A stretch of 64,000 bases of DNA. Origin: Chiloscyllium plagiosum (lineage: Eukaryota). Both the position numbers and the translations under genes were made by a program. The stretch's first letter is position 1. The number at the start of each line of letters is the position of its first letter. Shown here one piece after another: positions 26,503 to 38,598 of the stretch. The stretch spans positions 72,990,854-73,054,853 of the forward strand of contig NC_057718.1 of the NCBI RefSeq assembly GCF_004010195.1, given 5' to 3'. The notes under the pieces are model-generated. The model saw only the letters and a program-made list of their open reading frames with translations. It was not told the DNA's origin and ran no database searches.

Positions 26503-26816
26503 GATTAGATTAGATTACTTAGACTGTGGAAACAGGCCCTTCGGCACAACAAGTCCACAGTGACCCGCCGAAGCGAAACCCACCCATATCCCTACATTTA
26601 TCCCTTACCTAACACTACAGGCAATTTAGCATGGCCAATTCACCTGACCTGCACATCTTTGGACTGTGGGAGGAAACCGGAGCACTCAGAGGAAACCCAC
26701 GCAGACACGGGGAGAATGTGCAAACTCCACACAGTCGGTCGCTTGAGGTGGGAATTGAACCTGGGTCTCTGGCGCTGAGGGGCAGCAGTGCTAACCACTG
26801 TGCCACCGTGCCGCCC
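26503..26816 (-). mobile_element. Young HE1-like V-SINE inserted in the CR1 endonuclease (between WCYD and VVAITET)
   Basis: Full SINE architecture; CR1 frame continues on both sides. Confidence 0.96.
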
Positions 26817-28596
26817 TTAAATGTTGTTGTGGCCATAACAGAGACATGAGTTTCTCAGGGGCAGGAATGGTTGCTGGATGTTCCAGGATTTAGAGCATTT
26901 AAAGAGAATAGGGAGGGGGGGGGGGGGAGAAAAAAAAAAGAGAGGAGGTGGTGTAGCACTACTAATCAGAGAGGGTATCACAGCTACAGAAGCTTTCATT
27001 GTCGAGGAAGATGTGCCTACCGAGTCAGTATGGGTGGAAATTAGGAACAGCAAGGGAGCAGTCACCTTGTTAGGGGTTTACTACAGGCCCTCCAATAGCA
27101 GCAGGGAGATTGAAGAAAGCATAGGTCGGCAGATTTTGGAAAAGTGTGGACATAGTAGGGTTGCTGTAATGGGCGACTTTAACTTTCCCAATATTGATTG
27201 GAACCTCCTTTGAGCAGAAGATTTGAATGGAGCTGTTTTTGTAACGTGTGTTCAGGAGGGCTTCCTAACTCAGTACGTTGACAGGCTGACGAGGGGAGAG
27301 GCCATTCTAGACATGGTGCTCGGAAACGAGCCGGGACAGGTATCAGATCTTGTGGTGGGAGAGCATTTTGGTGATAGTGACCACAACTGCCTCACATTCT
27401 ACATAGCTATGCAGAAGGAGAGGATTAGGCAAAATGGGAGGATATGATGCGATTAAACAGGAGTTAGGGAGCATGGACTGGGAGCAATTGTTTCATGGTA
27501 AAGGCACTATAGACATGTGGAGACTGTTTAAGGAACAGTTGTTGCGAGTGATCAATAAATATGTCCCTCTGAGACAGGCAAGAAGGGGTAAGATAAAGGA
27601 ACCTTGGATGACGAGCGCAGTGGAGCTTCTTGTCCAAAGGAAGAAGGTAGCTTACATAAGGTGGAGGTAGCTCGGGTCAAGCTCAGCTCTAGAGGATTAC
27701 AGGCAGGCGAGGAAGGAGCTCAAAAATGGTCCGAGAAGAGCCAGGAGGGGGCACGAGAAAGGCTTGGCAGAACGGATTGGGGAGAATACAAAGGCATTTT
27801 CAATTATGTGAGGAGTAAGAGAATGGTCAAAGAAAGAGTAGGGCCAATCAGGGATAGCATAGGGAACTTGTGTGTGGAGTCTGAGGTGGTAGGGGAAGCC
27901 CTAAATGAGTTTTTTGCTTCTGTCTTTACGAAAGAAACGAACTTTGTAGTGAATGAAACCTTTGAAGAGCAGGTGTGCATGCTGGAATGGATAGAGATAG
28001 AGCAAGCTGACGTGCTGAAAATTTTGTCAAACATTAAGATTGACAAGTCGCCAGGCCCGGACCAGATTTGTCCTCGGCTGCTTTGGCAAACGAGAAATGC
28101 AATTGCTTTACCACTTGCGAAGATCTTTGCATCCTCGTTCTCCACTGGAGTCATACCTGCGGACTGGAGAGAGGCAAATGTAATTCCTCTCTTCAAGAAA
28201 GGAAATAGGGAAATCCCCAGCAATTACAGACCAGTAAGTCTCACGTCTGTCATCTGCAAGGTGTTAGAAAGGATTCTGAGGGATAGGATTTATGACCATC
28301 TGGAAGAGCATGGCTTGATTAAATGCAGTCAACACGGCTTTGAGAGGGGCAAGTCATGCCTCACAAACCTTATTGAGTTCTTTGAGGATGTGACTAGAAA
28401 AGTTGATGAGGGTCGAGCTGTGGATGTGTATATGGACTTCAGCAAGGCATTTGATAAGGTTCCCCATGGTAGGCTCATTCAGAAGGTCAGGTGGAATGGA
28501 ATACAGGAGAACTTAGCTGTCTGGATACAGAATTGGCTGGCCAACAGAAGACAATGAGTGGTAGTAGAAGGAAAATATTCTGCCTGGAAGTCAGTG

Positions 28597-28813
28597 NNNN
28601 NNNNNNNNNNNNNNNNNNNNNNNNNNNNNNNNNNNNNNNNNNNNNNNNNNNNNNNNNNNNNNNNNNNNNNNNNNNNNNNNNNNNNNNNNNNNNNNNNNNN
28701 NNNNNNNNNNNNNNNNNNNNNNNNNNNNNNNNNNNNNNNNNNNNNNNNNNNNNNNNNNNNNNNNNNNNNNNNNNNNNNNNNNNNNNNNNNNNNNNNNNNN
28801 NNNNNNNNNNNNN
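28597..28813. other. Assembly gap (217 N)
   Basis: Run of N inside the CR1 RT. Confidence 1.
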
Positions 28814-29095
28814 TGGATGCTTTGGAGAGGGTTCAGAGGAGGTTTACCAGGATGCTGCCTGGACTAGAGGGCTTATCTAATGAGGAGAGGTTGACTGAGC
28901 TCAGACGTTTTTCATTGGAGAAAAGGAGGAGGAGAGGGGACCTAATTGAGGTATACAAGATAGTGAGAGGCATAGATAGAGTCAATAGCCAGAGACTATT
29001 TCCTAGGGCAGAAATGGCTAACACGAGGGATCATAGTTTTTAAGCTGGTTGGAGGAAAGTATAGAGGGGATGTCAGAGGCGGGTTCTTTACACAT

Positions 29096-31230
29096 AGTAG
29101 GTGAGCACTTTGGTGATAGCAACCACAATTTGTTTATGTTTACTTTAGTGATGGAAGGGGATAGGTATATACCACAGGGCAAGAGTTATTGCTGGGTAAG
29201 AGGCAATTATGATGCGATTAGGCAAGATCTAGGATGCATTGAATGGGGATGGGCACAACTGAAATATGGAACTTGTCCAAGGAACAGCTACTGTGTGCCC
29301 TTAAGTGGAAGAGTGGAAGTGGTCGAGTGAGGGAGCTGTGGTTGACTAAAAAAACTTGAATCTCTTGTCAAGAGGAAGGAGGCGGCTTGTGTTAGGATGA
29401 CACATGAAGGGCGCTTACATGTTACAAATTAGTCAGGAAAGACCTAAAAGAGAGAGCACTACGAAGAGCCAGGAGGAGATAGGATCAAGGAAATCCCTAA
29501 AGCTATCTATTGATAGGTATATCAAGAATAAAAAGAATGACTAGCGAAAGATTAGGGCCAATCAAGGATAGGAGTGGGAAGTTGCGCGTGGAGTCGGAGA
29601 AGATAGGCGAAGCGCTAAATGAATATTTTCATCCGTATTCACACAGGAAATAGACAATGTTGTTGAGGAGTATACAGAGATACTGGCTACGAGACGAGAT
29701 GGGATGGAGGTTAACAAGGACGAGGTGCTAGCAATTCTGGAAAGTGTGAAAATAGGTAAATCCCCTGGGCTGGATGGGATTTGTCCTAGAGTTCTTTGAG
29801 AAGCCAGGGAGGAGACTGTAGAGCCTTGGTTTTGATCTTTATGTCATCACTGTCTACAGGAATAGTGCCAGAAGAGTGGAGGATAGCAAATGTTCAAGAT
29901 GAGGAATAGAGACAACCCTGGTAATTATAGACCAGTCAGCCTTACTTCAGTTGTGGGAAATGTTGGAAAAGGTTATGAGAGATAGGATTTATCATTGAGA
30001 GGAATAAGTTGATTAGGGATAGTCAACACGGTTTTGTGAAGGGTAGATTTTGCCTCTCAAACCTTATTGAGTTCTTTGAGAAGGCAACCAAACAGGTGGG
30101 GGAGGGTAAAGGGTGTATATTGGTTTCAGTAAACTGTTTGATACGGTTCCTCACATATTGCCCAACATACTGAGGCATGGGATTGAGGGTGGTTTCGCAG
30201 TTTGGATCAGAAATTGGCTAGCTGAAAGATGACAGAAGGTGGTGGTTGATGGGAAATATTCATCCTGGAGTTCAGTTACTAGTGGTGTACCTCAAGGATA
30301 TGTTTTGGGGCAAGTGCTGTTTGTCACTTTTACAAATGATGTGGATGACAGCATAGACAGATGGATTAGTAAATTTGTGGAGTTGTGGACAGTGCTGAAA
30401 GATGTTGCAGGTTACAAAAGGGACATAGATAAGCTGCAGAGCTGGGCTGACAGGTGGCAAATGGAGTTTAATGCAAAAAAGTGTGCGGTGATTCACTTTG
30501 GAAGGAGCAACAGGAATTAAAGAGTACTGGGCTAATGGCAAGCTTCTTCGTAAATGAGCAGGGACATCTCAGAGTCCATGTACATAGATCCCTGCCACCC
30601 AGGTTGATAGGTTGTTAAGAAGGCATATGGTGTGTTAGCTTTTATTGGTAGAGGGATTGAGTTTCAGAGCCATGAGTTCATTTTGCAGCAGTACAAACTC
30701 TCGTGCGGGCCACTTGGAGTATTGTGTATAATCTGGTCACCGCATGATGGGAAGGATGTGGAAGCTTTGGAAAGAGTTCAGAGGTGGTTTGCTAGGATGT
30801 TGCCTGGTATGGAGGGAGCGTCTTATGAGGATTGGCTGAGGGACTGGAAGCTTTTTTTTGTTAGAGAGAAGGTTGAGGTGACTTAATTGAAACATATAAA
30901 GATAATCAGAAGGTTTGATAGGGTGGATAGAGAGAGCCTTTTTCCTTGGATGGTGGTGGCTAGCACGAGGGGACATAGCTTTAAATTGAGGGATGACAGA
31001 TATAGGACAGATGTCAGAGGGAGTTTCTTTACTCAGATGTGTAGGGGCATGGAATGTACTGCCTGCAACAGTAGTAGACTCATCAGCTTTGAGGGCATTT
31101 AAATGGTCATTGGAGAAACAGATGGATGAAAATGGAATAGTTTAGGAGAGATAGGCTTCAGATTGGTTTCACAGCTCAGCGCAACATAGAGGGCTAACAA
31201 GGTCTGTACTGCACTGCAATGTTCTATGTA
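29096..31230 (+). mobile_element. Second CR1 LINE abutting the previous one, with 3' tail
   Basis: VGEHFGDSNHN, VTSGVPQG, WQMEFNAKKC, TRGHSFKL; tail at about 31180-31230. Confidence 0.93.
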
Positions 31231-31234
31231 TGAC

Positions 31235-31592
31235 ACTGAGTAGCAGCAGCGTGCACTCTCTCCAAGATGCACTGCAGAAATTCATGCAAGATCCTTAGAC
31301 AGCATCTTCTAAACCCACAACCGCATGCATCTAGAAGAACAAGCTGCAGACACGGTCAAACTACTACCTGCAAGCTCCCCTCCAAGCCACTTGCTATCCT
31401 AACTTGGAAATATATCACTGCTTCTTCACGGTCACTGGGTCAAAATCCTGGAGTTCCCTCCAAGGACATTGTGGGTCAACCTGCAGCATATGGATTGCGG
31501 TAGGGCAGGGCAGCAGCACACTACCACATTCTCAAGGCCAGCTGGAGACAGGTAATAAATGCTGTCCACGTCCAATGAGTGAATAAAAGAAA
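31235..31592 (+). mobile_element. 3' end of the second CR1/L2-group LINE family
   Basis: LTWKYI..., tcaaaatcctgg..., ending aataaatgctg...gaataaaagaaa; homologous to 50880-51520. Confidence 0.8.
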
Positions 31593-32574
31593 GTTCCTCC
31601 TTGGTAAATTACTTGACTTCAGTTGCATTAAGAGATTGGAAATGCCTCACTGTGAAAGTGATTCTTAATTCTCTTAAGATTCTGCTGTGCACTGATATGT
31701 TGCACCACTCCACACCTCTAAAGCCAGTCCATTGACTACTGTTCCACCCGCAGCAGAATGGGTGAATGTAAAATCTAAAGCCTCATTGATTGACAGGCTA
31801 GATACTGGTCATCAGCAAATTCAAAATGCTGACATTATGCTCCCAGCTGCATTTCCTTAACCAAGTGCTACCTAAATCTCTAGAAGATCTCGATGGCAAA
31901 ATAAACCAGATAAGCATCAGTAAGTCAGCCATCATTGGTTGTGTTTTGGATACCATTCAGTCGCTGCTTTAAAGAACAAACTATGGAGAATTAGATGCAG
32001 ACTTACCCACTGAATGCAGCTTAAACACATTTCACTTCAAATCAATGGAATGAGTATGAATGCAATCCTTTGAAAGTGTAAGGCTTATTTTTGACTGAAA
32101 ACAACTGCTCTGTGAAAATAATGTAATGGTAGGATCAAAAATGATCTCCACAAACCAGACTATTAAGGGTTAATTGGACATGACAATGAGCAATTGAAGT
32201 AAAGTGGAAAAGTATGTGGAAACAGCCATAATACAAAACAGCCTGTTTTGATTGAAAAGTAACCATGTGACACTAAATTGTCGGTGAGAATAGTCCTTTT
32301 AGGTCAACACACAGAGCCACCTGGAGATGTTTTCCTATATAATGGAAAGCCTGGAAAAGCGCTGAAGGTACCATGAAATTATGATACATCATGTAATCTT
32401 AGGTTCAGAATATTAGCAATATCAGGGGACTTTGCCCCATTCATTGGATTTCACTTCAGGCTGGAATTTGCAACTGTAAGAAGGCAGTCAGTCTTGTTGT
32501 CAACTTAGCACATGCACTATTTGCTGCTGGATTTCAAGTCAGACCGGGGTTTGCAAATGGTGCCAGGATCAGAG

Positions 32575-32695
32575 TTATAGTCAAAAAAGCTGTACAACAA
32601 GGAAGTAGACCCTTCAGTCCAAGTCATCCATGCCGACCAGATATCCTAAATTAATCTAGGCCCATTTGCCAGTATTTGGCCCATACATCTCTGAG
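32575..32695 (-). mobile_element. CR1 3' tail fragment
   Basis: Reverse complement of the tail seen at 24630-24735. Confidence 0.8.
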
Positions 32696-33394
32696 CATTG
32701 ACATAGAGCAGGGTACAACAGGCAGAAGGCAGTGAGACTCGTTATTATACATTTGTTGCTAATAAATGTACTAATGTGCTTTAAAACAAAGCACAATTGC
32801 CTTCTTGTAATCATTTTGATCAGACTTTGAAAAACCTGTTATTATGCACTTTCAGTCTAACAATACAAGTAGAAGATGTGACATGGCTCTTATATAAAAT
32901 ACTTTGTGCCAGTCTTCAAAGCAATAGGGCGATATTCACGCAGATATCTTTGGTCAAGGAGGAACAGCATGAAGTACTGGGTAACGAAAACAGATAGGGA
33001 AGATATTACAGGGTTTAAGCTATCTATTTCATGTCTTTATAAGTAGATAAATCATTAATCCTGAATAAAAAAAACCCAGCTTAAAAAGAAGCAAGCATTA
33101 AATAACAATATACAGGCCAGTCTAACTATCCTACTTGGTGGGCAATTTGCAAAAAAAAAAATTCAGAGTGATAACAAACATCACGTCTACAAAGGATGAG
33201 GAGAAATCTTGCGGAAAAAAACTATACTCTTGCCCATTTTAAAAAATATGATTCTTACAACAATCAAAGTTGCTCTTATTCAACACAGAAGGGTCAAGAA
33301 AATTCTAAGAATTTTCAACAATCGTCAGGGCAAAAGCTAAGCTAACTTATCGCTGGAATTTTATATTTCAGATTGTTATGCACATTAACTCCAA

Positions 33395-33610
33395 CCCACA
33401 AACTCCTGTCATGTAATATCTTGCATCTGCTGCCTCAGCACAAGCTTCTGTTTTTTGTCTTTTGCCATTCTCCTCCATTGTCACCATATAGAGTTATCAC
33501 ATTTCTAATATTTCCGAAGAAAGGTAATGTCCTGAAACGTTAACTCTTCCTCTCCAAATAGCTTCTGCCAAACGTGCTCCTTTTATCCAGCATTTTGTGT
33601 ATTTATTTTG
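33395..33610 (+). mobile_element. Old PLE-derived terminal fragment with degenerate hammerhead motif at 33514-33542
   Basis: ccgaaga-aaggtaatgtcct-GAAA-cgtta followed by a PLE-type tail (tccagcattttgtg). Confidence 0.5.
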
Positions 33611-33973
33611 TATGATTGTTTTGCTGTAATTCTAAGTTGTTGCTGAATGAGTAACAGCAGCTTGGCAAAGTGTTTAACATTGGAGCGCAAAGCTATCTGC
33701 ACAAACTGAAAGTAACATTGATTCAAGCCTTTAGACTAATAAAAAACATTAAGCATTGGGAAACCAAAGAATGCTTAGGAGCAATTAACTGCTCAAAATA
33801 TTTCTCTTGAAATCAAAAGTAAAGTTGTTTTCACTCATGCTCATCATGCGACGAATTTATATTTTAGGGATAGATGGATGTAAAATAGACTCAATAGTAA
33901 TAGCTGGGGTAAAGATGTGTCAGATTGTTTGACGATTCACACTTACTTTCACCCTTGATGGAGCTCAACTTAC

Positions 33974-34052
33974 CTGCACACAAACCTGAAACTGTTCCCA
34001 CAGTGTCCCTGGTACTTCATCAGGCAAGCAAAGCAAAAGCTCTGTACAACTC
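33974..34052 (-). CDS. ZNF292: ZNF292 internal coding exon (79 nt, equivalent to human exon 3)
   Basis: Minus strand: acceptor ttatccttttcAG|G, donor CAG|GTAAGT. 1 nt + 26 codons give SCTELLLCLPDEVPGTLWEQFQVCVQ, matching recalled human ZNF292 SCVELLLCLPVELSDKQWEQFQTLVQ. Length and phase fit ZNF292 exon 3. Confidence 0.92.
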
Positions 34053-35775
34053 CTGAAAAGGATAAATGTTGTAAATATTATTTCAAATACATTTCATGTA
34101 ACTATTTATTGTGGCAAACTGACCTTTAGTCAGCTCTGTACAGAGTGTGATCAGACCTTTACAGGTGTTCCAAAAAAATGACAATGTAATAAAAATCCTA
34201 ATTATCAAATCTTACAGTAACAATCCAAAAAGTACACAAGTTTAAATACATTACTAATTCAAAAGTTGTTTATACAAATAAAGCATTAAATTATTATACA
34301 AATACAAGCATTAAATTATTAAATTCATTCTCACTGATACTTAAATGAAAAGCATTAATCGTTCAATAACTTGAAAGGAAAAATGATGTCATCAGAATCA
34401 GATTGTACTGTATAACTTGCTACAGATACAAGTAATCATGCTGCACTAACATAATAAAAACACCTGACAGTAAGAACAAAGTTTCCATAATGGTGTAGGA
34501 TGTAAGGACATATCAGCACAAAACCAATGTCATCAATGCACTGGCCAGTGGGGTTCAGCACTATCTTGTACAGACCAGTTATTTCTGTTAAAAAGTTCTT
34601 AGAGTAATCTTGGAGAGAGAACTATTTTTGATTAATAGTAATCAAAAGGCAGTTATACCATAAAGTCATAGTCCCCTAGATTTGCAGGATTAGCTTAAGC
34701 TCATAAATCACTATGTAGCCTTTTGTTTAATTATCAAAAGTGTTAAACATTCAACAAAATTGAACAAAAAGTAGTATATTCGCAAGCTAAAGGCACTGTA
34801 ACTGAACCAACTGGTGTAATGGTGTATCAGAAACAAATACATCATATTTTTGACATTCTGCTGACAGTTACGTGTGAAAAAGCATTTCCAGTGTGATAAA
34901 GGTGAATAAATCTTTAATAAAATTGGCTGTATTTTGGCCATTCAATTCTTTGTGCTTCTGTTAATGCTGTGACAAACTATCTGCAGTCTCCATGCTCAGA
35001 TTCTCTTCTGGACAGTTTTCAAAATTTTAGTTTTCAAAACACCTATGAATTTAGTTTTTGCCACTGTTACTTGAATGGATTTTTGATTTTACAATATTCT
35101 GCATAAAATTTATTAATTTCTTCCTGTAGTTTTTTGATAAATCATTTTATATCCTCTGGTTAAATGACTCGAATCGAATTAGATGAAGTTAACAAAATGC
35201 ACAATAGCCAGTTGCAGTTTGAATTCAAAAGTGGATAAAAATAAACACTGGGCATTATTCGTAACAGAGGAACACACAATTCTAGCAGCCAAAATGGTAC
35301 ATGAGCCAAGAATAATGCCTCTCATAGCACTTAAACTTTAATTACTGACTCCAACAAACTGTGATATCATGATTTCCACTTTATAAGGACGAGTATCATG
35401 GTGACACCAGCTACATATTGTTCACAGTCAATTGCTTTGATTCATGACCAGACCTATAGATAAATCAGTTATAGGATCTGAAATTACTTCAGGTCACTAT
35501 TGCTACTTTTTCAAAACAAAAATCAAAATATGGATGACACTAACAGAGTTATATCTATTGCCTAAACCCACCCTCCCTGAAAGTGTGCAGATGGATCTTC
35601 ATTGATTTCCAAACTTCTTGCAGAGATGAGGAAACTAATGATAATAGACAAAACATTTTGGTTTAAATGGCAACAAGGCATTATTTCCCATTACTGCGTT
35701 CCATGCCAGAAATGTTTGGCATGCAAGTCTCAGGAAAACACATTTCAATATGATAATCTTCCATAAACAAGATGT

Positions 35776-36188
35776 TTTGAGACGATTTGTAGCTCAGGTT
35801 GAGGTTCTGGATGTAAGTTTGCTCACTGAGCTGGAAGGCTTGTTTTCAGACATTTTGTCACCATACTAGGTAACATCATCAGTGAGCCTCCAGTGAAGTG
35901 CTGGTGTTATGTCCTGCTTTCTATTTGTGTCTTAGTTTCTTCTAATTGGTGATGTCATTTCCCTGTTCCTTTTCTCAGGGGGTGGTAAATGGGGTCCAAA
36001 TCAATGTGCTTATTGATAGAGTTCAGAAATGACATCAACCCAAGGAAACTTAGACAAATGGAAAGCTGGACTAACACCAGGGCTTCACATGAGGCTTACT
36101 GACTATGTTACGGGAGGCTTACTTAGTATGGTGATGAAATGTCTAAAAATGAACCTTCCAGCTCAGCAAGCAAACTTTCATCCAGAAC
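35776..36188. mobile_element. Fold-back PLE-derived element (inverted pLTR arms 35804-35961 and 36026-36188)
   Basis: gttctggatgtaagtttgct...gatgtcatttc is the reverse complement of gaaatgacatc...agcaaactttcatccagaac, with mismatches. Confidence 0.85.
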
Positions 36189-37504
36189 AAAATGGATATT
36201 ACGTTGTGTCAGATACAGATACTTGTAATTTCTTTTCTAGTGACAACCACTTGTCACCAAAAGTGACCAGTTCAAAAGCACAGTTCTTGAAACATTCTCA
36301 AGCTTCGTAGATCTGAAAATACAATATAAAAGATAGGTAAGATTTGAAAAGCATTACAAGAACTAAACAGCTCAATGATTTATCTTCACTATAGCTGACA
36401 TACATTGTCCTGATTGCAAAAATATTGGAACACATACTGACTTATTTAAAATTGCACTCCAACTTACAGTAGAGGTTTACGTGATAGGATTACACATGAT
36501 AGAAGCTTTAAAGACAGCACAATATTTTTGAGCAGTTCAGTATTGTTGCACGTTTCTCTCTAAATCAACAGATACATGAAGCTAGGGTAAAGTCATAATT
36601 CTCCTCAGGCACATTATTTGGCTATCTGAATGCAGACAGACAAGTATTTAGATACAGTTTCCTCGCTAAGAATAACTAGATTGTGAACGAGGAACAATCA
36701 TACTTCAGCATGAACAAAAAAAGTCTTTTTAAAAAAAAAAATTAGCAACCAGAGTAGGAATGAAAATAAGTTCATGATTGTGCCCTAATCTAGGTTTACC
36801 TTAATATTTTAGAGGCAGCTTTTACTTTTGGGGAGGATAATTTATAACAGTAAGGTAATTACACTGTCCTTTAGGACCTGTCAGAACAACTCAAGTAAGA
36901 CAGTTCAAAAGGTAATCTTTGTTTAATTAATGCAGGTCAGGGCTGAGTGTGAAACTAGAAACATTGGAGCCATTTTTCATGAGGTCCTTAGTAGAGAGAT
37001 GTCCCAGTTGTCTTCATAAAAAGGGTAAAATAAGTTATTGTTTTAAATAAGCCAATAGCAATTTTGTAAACAAAGGAGTTTCTTGGTGGAATCAGTAAAT
37101 CGAGGAGAAATATTCTGTTTTCAGTAGAAATTTAAAATATCCAGGTGGGCCTCAATCAAAGATTTAGTTACAAGGCAAGGTATATGAATTTTTACTTGAA
37201 ATATCCCATGTACACCGTGGTGATCAGTTGCAGGGAATTGCCCTTTTGTCTAGCGATTACCTGCATGCATGTTTATACAGGTAGTCAGCAATTTAGTTTG
37301 GAACAAAGAGTCGTAATTTATTGACGGTCAAGGGAATGAAAGAGATAAACGTTAGCAGGGCCTGTACCTTAAACGGAGGAAAAAAACTAACCTGCTCATT
37401 CACTTGGGGGGGGATTGGTGGTGGGTGTTCTGCTTAATTTGACAGAGCATGAAAGAGACTAGAAGATTAGAGACTAGAGTCTACCAGGAAAAATGGAACA
37501 GGCA

Positions 37505-37633
37505 TGAGTCCTGAAGAAGGGTTACACCCGAAAAATCAACTTCTCCACTTCCCGATGCTGCCAAGCTGTTTGTGTTCTTCCAGTCTCCTGCCTATTTTGG
37601 ATTCCAGCATCTGCAGTTTTTTTTTGTCTCTAA
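37505..37633 (+). mobile_element. Short PLE terminal fragment with hammerhead-like core at 37511-37537
   Basis: CTGAAGA-A-GGGT-tac-ACCC-GAAA-aa-TC, then gatgctgcc...tccagcatctgcag, as in the 45629-45754 terminus. Confidence 0.7.
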
Positions 37634-37659
37634 GTATGGAACAGCTATGCATGAAATTA

Positions 37660-38010
37660 GGGCTTTTTATTTGTTCATGTGATGTGGCTGTTAGTAGTCA
37701 GGTTAGCATTTATTGCCCTTCCCTAATTACTCAAGTTATTGCCTTCAGTAATTGAAATCCTGGGATCATGGGTACATCAGTGCTGTTCAGGAGCGAGTTC
37801 CAGGATTCTGAACTTTTGATACAGTGAAGGCAGGGCAGAAGTCAGGATTGTCTGGCTTGGCAAAGGGACTTGCAGGTGGTGATACTACTACCACTCCCGC
37901 TTTTTCCAATTCTGAGGCTTACAAGTCTTAGGTTTAGAAAATGTTGACAAGGGAGTTTAGGTAAATTGATTTAATGAGCCTTGCAGATTAGAGACTGCTA
38001 TTACAGTCAG
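37660..38010 (-). mobile_element. 3' end of the second CR1/L2-group LINE family
   Basis: Reverse complement of the tail seen at 31235-31592 (agcatttattgccc..., ccaggatt, gggacttgcaggtggtg). Confidence 0.7.
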
Positions 38011-38046
38011 TGAGTGAGTGAGTGAGCGAGCGAGCGAGCGAGCGAG
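38009..38046. repeat. Compound (GAGT)n(GAGC)n microsatellite
   Basis: agtgagtgagtgagtgagcgagcgagcgagcgagcgag. Confidence 0.9.
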
Positions 38047-38299
38047 GTGAGTCGGTGATAGACTGTTGTAACAACATCCTTATTGGCTTAACCCTCTAAA
38101 ATTTGCATAGGTTCAAAAATACATGAAAAGCATGCTGAGACATGACATAATTGAAGTGAGTTGCAGCAAATGGAGATCACCCATAGTGATGGCACCCAAC
38201 AACTGTGTGGACTATCAAAGTCAACGCAGTTATGAAATTTGATTTGCATCTTATTCCATGTGTGGGAGACTGCATCAAGGAGCTGGAACAGCAACTCAT

Positions 38300-38598
38300 T
38301 TCTACACTGGATTTACTCAGAAGATATTGACAGGTACACTTATCTGAAAGATCAAGGAAATTTCAGCATTCATGACACTAAATGAACTTTATCAATTGAA
38401 AATATCTGGTGTGAAGAATGCACCAACCACATTTCAAAGACTAACTAATTAGGTCATTTTGGGATTACACAATTGTGTCATGTTTGTAGATGACCTGATA
38501 ATTTTTAGTCACACATGGAAGCAACATTTGGAGCATCTATCAGAATTGTTTGATCGATTTCAGGAGGCAGGGTTGTCGATAAACCTGGCTTGGTCAAG
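38300..38598 (+). mobile_element. Gypsy RT fragment
   Basis: LDLLRRY*QVHLSERSR, KNAPTTFQRLTN, MFVDDLIIFSHTWKQHLEHL, GLSINLA. Confidence 0.88.

Larger units (their letters stand above)
26150..29095 (+). mobile_element. Relatively young CR1 LINE (ORF1 end and ORF2), inactivated
   Basis: FNARSIRNK, MGDFNFPNIDW, SDHN, and a 317-aa RT segment (KSPGPD, NYRPVSLTS, DFSKAFDKVPH). Stops, frameshifts and a SINE insertion disrupt it. Confidence 0.96.

Noticed and set aside
23524..26849. Recurrent ORFs such as MWKQALRPNK..., DCGRKPEHPEETHAD and MANSPDLHIFG
   Set aside because: They are translations of the HE1-like SINE in various frames, not proteins.
27604..28557. 317-aa ORF as a functional gene
   Set aside because: It is part of a CR1 ORF2 with upstream stops, frameshifts and a SINE insertion; the N-terminus is out of frame.
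9169..34052. Assignment to paralogues RLF or ZNF654
   Set aside because: Residues LLLCLP, WEQFQ and LAQE and the 79/136-nt exon sizes fit recalled ZNF292 better. This was not confirmed by alignment.
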